In this document: positions 59,101-64,000 of the stretch, piece by piece
How the letters are laid out: each line of letters begins with the position of its first letter
Position numbering within the stretch: position 1 is the first letter of the stretch
Assembly (NCBI GenBank): GCA_963662315.1
Contig: OY759353.1
Coordinates: 672,001-736,000, forward strand
DNA length: 64,000 bases
Direction of reading: 5' to 3'
Source of the DNA: Geopsychrobacteraceae bacterium
Lineage (GTDB): Bacteria > Desulfobacterota > Desulfuromonadia > Desulfuromonadales > Geopsychrobacteraceae
Notes under the pieces: model-generated
Told to the model about the DNA's origin: nothing
Databases searched by the model: none
Seen by the model: only the letters and a program-made list of their open reading frames with translations
Program-made: the position numbers and the translations under genes

Positions 59101-62100
59101 ATGGCAGTATTGTTTACAGTCAATCCGGATTGTATATTTTGGGCTATGGAGCTGTGTTAAGCGATGACCCTGAAGTCAGTGGTTCCAGTGATCCTACTCA
59201 GATTACGATAACCTCAAGTCCTGAGTGGTTGTTTACAAAAAGTTCAGAAGATTTGACTAATTCGGGATCGGTTTTGATGCCAGGAGATCAAATTCATTAT
59301 GAACTGAGGGTTCAGAATATTGGTAGTGAAGATGCTTCGGATGTCACTCTGACCGATAGTATTCCGGGCAATACTACCTATGTTCCTGGATCGACGACTT
59401 TAAATGGAACTGTTGTTGCCGATATTGGTGGTACTTCGGCATTAACCAGCGGTCTGCTGATTCATGCACCGGTTCCGGGGAATACTGAGCCCGGAATAAT
59501 GTTGGTTGAAGATTCCCCCAATACTGCGACGGTAAGTTTTGATGTTATTGTGAATGCCGATGCGTCAGGCGGTACGGTTATCAGTAATCAGGCGTTCCTT
59601 TCCGGTTCTGGAACAGGCAGTGGCAATTTTGTCAATGTTGGCAGTGATGATCCAGATACCAGCACTGCTAATGATGCTACTGAGGATATTGTCAGTGATA
59701 TTGATTTTGAGCTTTCTGTGGTCAATCTCACGACGTCATCTGCTGGCAATGTGGCTGAACCAGGAGATCAGCTTCAATATATTCTGAGCATGACCAATAC
59801 CTCGACAGTTGATTTGAGCAATTTGTCCATTTCCGTCGATCTCGACTCTTTACATAGTGGTAATACTCAATATTTTACCGCTAACAGCCTTACCATTGTA
59901 AGTTTGCCCAGCGGAGCTGACGCATCGGGGACAGACAGTGCCGGTGGCAGTAAAGGTAGTGGCTTACTCCAGGTGGCATTGGATTTACCTGCAGGCAGTA
60001 ATGCCAGTATTGTTTTTAATGTTAACTTAAAAGCCGTTATTACTGATGGTACGGTTGTATTGAATCAGGCTCAACTCAATGTTGATGGCTATCAAATCAA
60101 GTTAAGTGATTCTGACGACAGCAGTCTTATCGGTACCGAAAATCCAACTCAGACGCTGATATCTTCCGCCCCTAAATTCAGGGTTGAAAAAACGGATACC
60201 TTTATTGACGAAAACCCGACATTTTTACTTCCTGGCGAACGTATTCAATATACGATCACCATTAAAAATATCGGTACGGAAGATGCTGAAAACGTTATCC
60301 TTACCGATTATATCCCCAGCAGTACCGCTTATGTTTCAGGGAGTACAACCTTAAACGGTATATCTGTTGCGGACATTGCGGGGGAGAGTCCTCTTGTCAG
60401 TGGTCTCGCCTTATCCTCGCCGGTTTCCCTAAGCCGTGGAGATATGCCTGCTGATGCTTCAAATAGCTTAAATAACGTTGCTACGGTTACCTTTCAGGTT
60501 CAGGTCGACGAAGGAGCCATGATTGGGTTGATAATTTCGAACCAGGCTTCAGTTGATGCCTCAGGCGTTGGGAGTGGGGTTGTCCCCACCCAACTTTCGG
60601 ATGATCCTGATACCGCTGCTGAAAACGATCCTACACGTAGTATTGTTGGTGACTTACCGCTACTTTACGCCTATAAAACAGTTACTCTTTTAACGGATAA
60701 TGGAACAACTGGCATCGTTGACCCCGGCGATACCTTGACTTACACGATTACGGTTTCCAATAGCGGGGCCAAAGATGCCTCAGGGGTTGTCCTTACCGAT
60801 AGCGTACCGACCTATACTACTTATGTCAGTGGAGACTTTACTGTTGACGGTACTAGCGAAGTCGATAGTGGCTATCTGCCGCTTATTGATGGATTTGTTT
60901 TAACTTCTGCTGGAGCTGGCAGTCAGGGAACCATAAGCGCTGGAAGTTCTGTTACCGTTACCTTTACAGTGCTGGTCGATGCAGCTGCTGCAGAAGGTTC
61001 ATTGATACGCAATCAAGGGGTCTTGTCCAATTCAGATTCTGGTGATCTGCTGACGGATTCCGACGGCGATTCAAGCAATGGTTATCAGCCGACAGATATC
61101 ATGGTCGGTGCTGTTCAGCGGCTTGGAATTACCAAAACAGTTACTCTGGTCGATGCTGCAACCGCAGCGCCTGGCAGCGAACTTGAGTATTCAATTACTG
61201 TTACCAATTTGGGTTCAATAGCTGCTACCGATGTCTCTGTAGTTGATGATCTGTCCACATTGATAGGCAGCTCTTTAAGTTATGTTAATACCAGTGCTCG
61301 TTTAAATGGTGGTTTAACAGGTGTAAGTTATGCATCTGGGGTCTTGACCGCAGGTTATTCTAATAGCTTCGGTGCTCTTGCTGTCGGTGATTCTTTTACT
61401 CTGTCATTTCATGTCTCCATATTGGGAGATGTTGCTCTTGGGACGACTCTGAGCAACACTGCTACGGTTTATTGGAACTCTCCTGTCGAAACGGCCAGTG
61501 CCAGTGTATCCATTGATGTTGGCGGGACGCCTGGTTCAGCAACATTAAACGGCAATATCTGGCATGATTCTGATTTTGATGAGTTATTTGATGGTACTGA
61601 ATTGTCACAGCAGGATTGGACTGTTGACCTGTATCTAGATGGTGGCTTGATTAAATCGGTGACCAGTGATGAACATGGTGCTTATCAGCTTAATGGTTTA
61701 ATTCCGACCGCATATACTGCCGGACTCTATGAAATTGTATTTAGTGCTCCTGGTTCCGGGTTACGCACGGCCTCCCTCGGCACGGCGTCTTCTGTGTTTA
61801 CCAACGGGAGGCAACACATCTCTTATATATCTGCTGATTCCGGAAGTAATCTGCAAAATTTGAATATGCCATTAACCCCTAACGGTATCATTTACAATTC
61901 CATCGCACGTACTCCTGTCAGTGGCTCAACAGTGAACCTGATCAATCCGGACACGGAGACAATCTTACCGAGTGATTGTTTTGCTGATTCCGCTCAGTAT
62001 AACCAGCTGACCACTGTCAATGGATACTATAAATTTGATCTGGTCTTCGGTTCTTCTTGTCCGGCAGGACGCAATTACATTGTCCAGGTGACACCTCCTA

Positions 62101-63368
62101 CTAACGGCTATCTGGCTGGAGAATCCTTGGTCATCCCTGCTCATACCAATGCGTCAACCGCAGCTTTCGACGTTACCACGTGTCCGGCCAATGTCAGTCA
62201 GGACGCCATACCTGCAACCAGTGATTATTGTGAAATCAATGTCGATTCAGAAGCTCCTGATTTGTCGGTCAGTGCTGGTGCCGCGGGAACAACTTATCAT
62301 TTAAATCTTGGAGTTGGTGGTTCTCTTGATCCAGGTCATCGGCAGGTATTTAACAATCCGATTCCCCTTGATCCTGTTCTGAATGGTGCTGTCGCCATCA
62401 GTAAAGTTGCCTCTTTGAAAAATGTTTCTCGCGGCAGCCTGGTGCCTTACACCATTACCGTTACCAATATTTATGGTGTTGCCCTCGAGAGTTTGCAAGT
62501 CATTGACCAGTTTCCTGCAGGTTTCAAATATGTTTCAGGCAGTGCCCAGATCGATGGTGTGGCTACAGAACCAGAGCGCTCTGGACGGACTCTGACCTGG
62601 GCAGATCTCGATTTAATGGCTGATCAATCCATTGTCATCAGATTGTTGCTGATTGTCGGCTCCGGGGTTGGTGAAGGGGAGTATGTCAACCGTGCGCGGG
62701 TCGAGAATACGACCCTGGATACGGTTGTCTCCGGTGAGGCTACTGCTACGGTTAAAGTCATTCCTGATCCTGATTTTGATTGTTCCGATATCATCGGTAA
62801 AGTATTCGATGATCGTAACCTCAATGGCGTACAGGATTTGGGTGAAAGTGGGTTGTCTGGCGTTCGTATTGCAACTGCCCAAGGATTGGTTATTACTACC
62901 GATAGCGAAGGGCGTTATCACCTGACCTGTGCTGCTGTGCCAGACCAGGATCGGGGCAGTAACTTTATTATGAAGCTCGATGACCGTAGTTTGCCAACCG
63001 GCTATCGGGTCGTCTCAGAAAATCCCCGTGTCCAGCGCTTAACCCGTGGTAAAGCAGGTAAATTTAATTTTGCTGCTACTCTTCACCGGGTTGTCCAGCT
63101 TGATCTCTCGGACGAGGCATTCAAGGCCGGAGATACTGAATTGAGGTTGCAATGGCAAGCCCGGATAGAAGAATTGATCTCAATTTTGAAACAGGCACCT
63201 GCCGTCTTGCGTCTGGCATATTTAGGGGATGTTGATTCGGAAAGCCTAGTCAACCAGCGACTTGATAAGTTTAAAAGTCGGCTGGAGTCAGAGTGGTCGA
63301 AGCACGAAAGTTCTTACCATCTGATGATAGAAACAGAAATTTTTTGGAGACGAGGTACACCACCTTAG
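53157..63368 (+). CDS. Giant secreted repeat protein (DUF11/CnaB-type Ig-like domains, SdrD-B-like segments, C-terminal degenerate OmpA-like region)
   Basis: Many K...PGD.L.Y.I.V.N.G...A..V...D.(L/I)P repeats; IGKVFDDRN.NG.QD.GE.G motif; signal peptide ending AGFALA; start may be TTG 53184 (GGAGG SD). Confidence 0.88.
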   Translation: MSQSIWEGKLSALNWCALTSGVNEVGGQVFNAAKRTVLRFGIALFFLLLSAGFALAGSCTLKSSFSFVNFNTSSDYSYCELCGYGYVTVNIRNPYSYFIDPDPVVAPVPGATMSDMVLTIDLGSSGLSYTSFPSDSVTYSYNGGLEQAGSAPALSGINNNVLTFTQSQISALAELTAREDSAATNLLTVRVAVASNNASNAEALWSSNKAINAAIAFSNDSGCSNSSASATTLELPLKEPELSVIKTGWNYDSGQRESRASNPVFATNNDDVVWRIGIINNGTADAQDVRIDDYLTGTSMINNYICATAASANLIANNDGSVSGIGLPADCYSASNTIHDFNITAPFGASQLTNFPVSATEIDIPVGDRATVYVVGKVSNGAACSGYQRNTVNDVQWGCQSDSPSGGIFYPSYLTPSAEIEATADIYTRYNDGNYGELEIRRYLTGVNTSQPVGARGTMTIQIRNYTGGSVKNIHLTDILPAEYVVDTTFAPTLSVSSPFGSYPGRLSRVVWNNPDYTNLLYNTAPDFDLTSNGDHHPLYPDQVDMLRHGDIATVRFRVVLIDSDYYDRSADLDVNPEEYAVTATDPNRINGIATVSNEVQVQFDTFCASDSRHNFNLTGNGNGNPNGYSIPARPEDLDVSIDGAVFILSNDPATHVNLPIVLTNNGGHDASDYHLYVTFGPTIEVVNPPAECSHIVLSGTPLQPNPRKVWIDPLEIHATAVVYECSSSSVISPGSSRSFIFETRKSTDSAAIALDDLTLRADVIGEVTLYDGTALTVPAPITRADGETDPANNYSLDATWARVMGFNLIKTQVGTCSENNPPSFDNDGHEEVQIGEECDFNVLGGGWFGFETPGFEYISVQNINIIDRIPDGQAYLASADPYVASTSLIQDVVLAPADITAPDERQFDWTFNVPDSQRIEAPDEWFEVDVKTRILNKTIDSRSAPNYHAQTSANVLDATFDARFKNENTGLIEAYTLNSNTIGFPHEAIRRVDLTVTDPYITLVKEVCNESLYGTGPSCSNFTTVTAEGDAYSQYIYRITVINEEQRSGVQRAPAYDVTVTAALDASDYAYVIPFTADGLDNDGDSSVDSADSNGEGVITNNIADDGTPAVLTFSYQNSPALEKIEPGAAVELYYRVDFDDDAAPLQTFINEVSASYDSLAGTSGAQTSPEGGNSELTGARVYTAATTAARVQMISAATQPKEVTAAASTPLVSTGSVQHIKIGEEVNYQLTTLLPVALFRSLTIVDQLPSGMRCSEAPAINLDAPPYASAGFQPGGTITPSCLAGEVRWEFGDQRITNRSSDRFEFQVSFIAQVLNADVNNDGNILSNGNPSTITTVSYVDETGAAVSFDVAHADITATEPLIELSASFDSVDHDAADVVRVTVTATNVGSAPAYNLRILDNLDATRFTYAGNIAGTDTPTHIDLVSFGANQPVFEFSAPGGLAVGDSYSFTYAVAINTDVEPDDSLSNTLQAVWTSLPDTSSALNSLGQIGSAGSLSGMRIGNLPHVGDSINDYESSCTFALKVSHPTVLKVDLSPSINPTIGVHKQFSLQITLPEGVIKDLRIADILNSAGLSYIYENNNSFVTGYAFQDIQTVNGQAPDSSNFHSVPADETSDTALWNIGEIVTYSEDDSSANAVNPRIEITLYARINNDLVTDAGDLLRNGITVTYLNGETDTDTSLSFETGSIGVTEPRIHLTKTVINVTSGKAADATAEAGDTLEYSLTIVNVGSSGATAYDINIVDTLPAGLFLSPTFSPSAVIDGVAVSGFVSVPAGAPVGPLFWGRDNGDSSLDLPSGSTLVLTYQTQVQWISDPSGTIKNAVTTDWTSLEGSDPFERTGAGCPSTTAPDDYCAGPVTASKVGLVPDVLFQMSVANETTGASPAIEASPGDVLRYTMTINNISATVADFYLQNVIDELNADPRFLRNSLVVNLPSGSGVDYSDPEGGPNETGIVYIDEISLLPGDTLTITFTARLASVIADGSIVYSQSGLYILGYGAVLSDDPEVSGSSDPTQITITSSPEWLFTKSSEDLTNSGSVLMPGDQIHYELRVQNIGSEDASDVTLTDSIPGNTTYVPGSTTLNGTVVADIGGTSALTSGLLIHAPVPGNTEPGIMLVEDSPNTATVSFDVIVNADASGGTVISNQAFLSGSGTGSGNFVNVGSDDPDTSTANDATEDIVSDIDFELSVVNLTTSSAGNVAEPGDQLQYILSMTNTSTVDLSNLSISVDLDSLHSGNTQYFTANSLTIVSLPSGADASGTDSAGGSKGSGLLQVALDLPAGSNASIVFNVNLKAVITDGTVVLNQAQLNVDGYQIKLSDSDDSSLIGTENPTQTLISSAPKFRVEKTDTFIDENPTFLLPGERIQYTITIKNIGTEDAENVILTDYIPSSTAYVSGSTTLNGISVADIAGESPLVSGLALSSPVSLSRGDMPADASNSLNNVATVTFQVQVDEGAMIGLIISNQASVDASGVGSGVVPTQLSDDPDTAAENDPTRSIVGDLPLLYAYKTVTLLTDNGTTGIVDPGDTLTYTITVSNSGAKDASGVVLTDSVPTYTTYVSGDFTVDGTSEVDSGYLPLIDGFVLTSAGAGSQGTISAGSSVTVTFTVLVDAAAAEGSLIRNQGVLSNSDSGDLLTDSDGDSSNGYQPTDIMVGAVQRLGITKTVTLVDAATAAPGSELEYSITVTNLGSIAATDVSVVDDLSTLIGSSLSYVNTSARLNGGLTGVSYASGVLTAGYSNSFGALAVGDSFTLSFHVSILGDVALGTTLSNTATVYWNSPVETASASVSIDVGGTPGSATLNGNIWHDSDFDELFDGTELSQQDWTVDLYLDGGLIKSVTSDEHGAYQLNGLIPTAYTAGLYEIVFSAPGSGLRTASLGTASSVFTNGRQHISYISADSGSNLQNLNMPLTPNGIIYNSIARTPVSGSTVNLINPDTETILPSDCFADSAQYNQLTTVNGYYKFDLVFGSSCPAGRNYIVQVTPPTNGYLAGESLVIPAHTNASTAAFDVTTCPANVSQDAIPATSDYCEINVDSEAPDLSVSAGAAGTTYHLNLGVGGSLDPGHRQVFNNPIPLDPVLNGAVAISKVASLKNVSRGSLVPYTITVTNIYGVALESLQVIDQFPAGFKYVSGSAQIDGVATEPERSGRTLTWADLDLMADQSIVIRLLLIVGSGVGEGEYVNRARVENTTLDTVVSGEATATVKVIPDPDFDCSDIIGKVFDDRNLNGVQDLGESGLSGVRIATAQGLVITTDSEGRYHLTCAAVPDQDRGSNFIMKLDDRSLPTGYRVVSENPRVQRLTRGKAGKFNFAATLHRVVQLDLSDEAFKAGDTELRLQWQARIEELISILKQAPAVLRLAYLGDVDSESLVNQRLDKFKSRLESEWSKHESSYHLMIETEIFWRRGTPP

Positions 63369-63460
63369 AAATTGGTGGTGTTTAATAGCCTTTTTAAGAT
63401 CTGCCACGTTTAACAATGCCATTAGGGGGGTGGGCTCCAGTATGGGGCTCTATACCATAA

Positions 63461-64000
63461 ATGAAAAGATGCGTTTACTTATGCATACTGCTAGTCAGTT
63501 TGTTCTGCACGAGTTTGACCTTGCCTGCGTATGCAGAGGATACATTGGTTGAAAGTCGTGATTATGGCTCTGCTACTGAGCGGTTTCTTTCCGTCGATGA
63601 ACCGCTTACGTCCTGGTCGGTTGATGCCTCCCGGATTGTAGAAGACCAGGGCGATGAGTTGGTGACCAGTGAATCTGTTCAGAAGGAATATCGCACCATC
63701 AAGGTGACGGATGTTGTGCCTGACATTCATTTCTCAGATGGTGATGTCAAAATTCCCGCAGATTATGTTGTACGACTGGAAAATGCTCTGGATAGAGTCA
63801 GGGAGCAGAAGAATGTTCGTCTGCATTTCATTGGGCATACTGATTCACGTCCATTAAGTGACCATCTGCAGTTATTGTACGAGGATAATACCGGCTTATC
63901 CAGGGAAAGGGCTGGAAATGTAGCTGCCTACTGTAAAGAACGCCTATCTATTACTCCAGAGGCTATCACTTTTGAAGGGGTTGCTGATACTCAGCCCATT
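63461..64000 (+). CDS. OmpA-domain secreted protein, partial at window edge
   Basis: MKRCVYLCILLVSLFC...PAYA signal; IHFSDG...LHFIGHTDS...NTGLSRERAGNV; open to the end of the window. Confidence 0.85.
   Translation, partial: MKRCVYLCILLVSLFCTSLTLPAYAEDTLVESRDYGSATERFLSVDEPLTSWSVDASRIVEDQGDELVTSESVQKEYRTIKVTDVVPDIHFSDGDVKIPADYVVRLENALDRVREQKNVRLHFIGHTDSRPLSDHLQLLYEDNTGLSRERAGNVAAYCKERLSITPEAITFEGVADTQPI

Overview
A 64-kb bacterial chromosomal window, most likely from an anaerobic deltaproteobacterium (Desulfuromonadales-like). That assignment is an inference from gene content: multiheme cytochrome c, PEP-CTERM genes with sigma54 promoters, and a probable CC-adding enzyme. From left to right: (1) the end of an RND permease, aspC, tRNA-Gln(UUG), a TPR protein, a tRNA nucleotidyltransferase and tRNA-Gly(CCC). 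(2) A decayed ~8.7-kb accessory patch next to tRNA-Gly, with an intact-looking ISL3 (one end duplicated), a RAYT/Y1 transposase pseudogene bounded by 24-bp inverted repeats, relics of a second RAYT, IS3 and IS256, and genes for PEP-CTERM, DUF2064, GGDEF and an unknown protein. (3) Amino-acid/Na+ transporters, Bcp, a ferritin-like protein and RarA. (4) An atypical rnf operon: Cys-rich gene, octaheme cytochrome c, rnfCDGEA and rnfB fused to a GltD/NfnB-like flavin domain. RnfC lacks its usual FMN/NADH motifs and RnfD lacks its flavinylation Thr. (5) D-lactate dehydrogenase, a candidate anti-Shine-Dalgarno sRNA, mbfA, an iron-sulfur flavoprotein, ABC-F, gluconokinase, a four-subunit PFOR with LysR, two paralogous solute-binding proteins, hrpB, a cold-shock gene and a fibro-slime PEP-CTERM gene. 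(6) Housekeeping genes yacG-queD-queE-creatininase, coaD, rsmD, dgt, HAD and greB. (7) A surface locus: beta-helix lipoprotein, a 3403-aa DUF11-type repeat protein and the start of an OmpA-domain protein. The best candidates for new biology are the rewired Rnf complex, the sRNA, the inverted-repeat-bounded Y1 element and the giant surface-protein locus. No CRISPR array or rRNA was seen. All family calls come from recognising motifs by eye; no searches were run.
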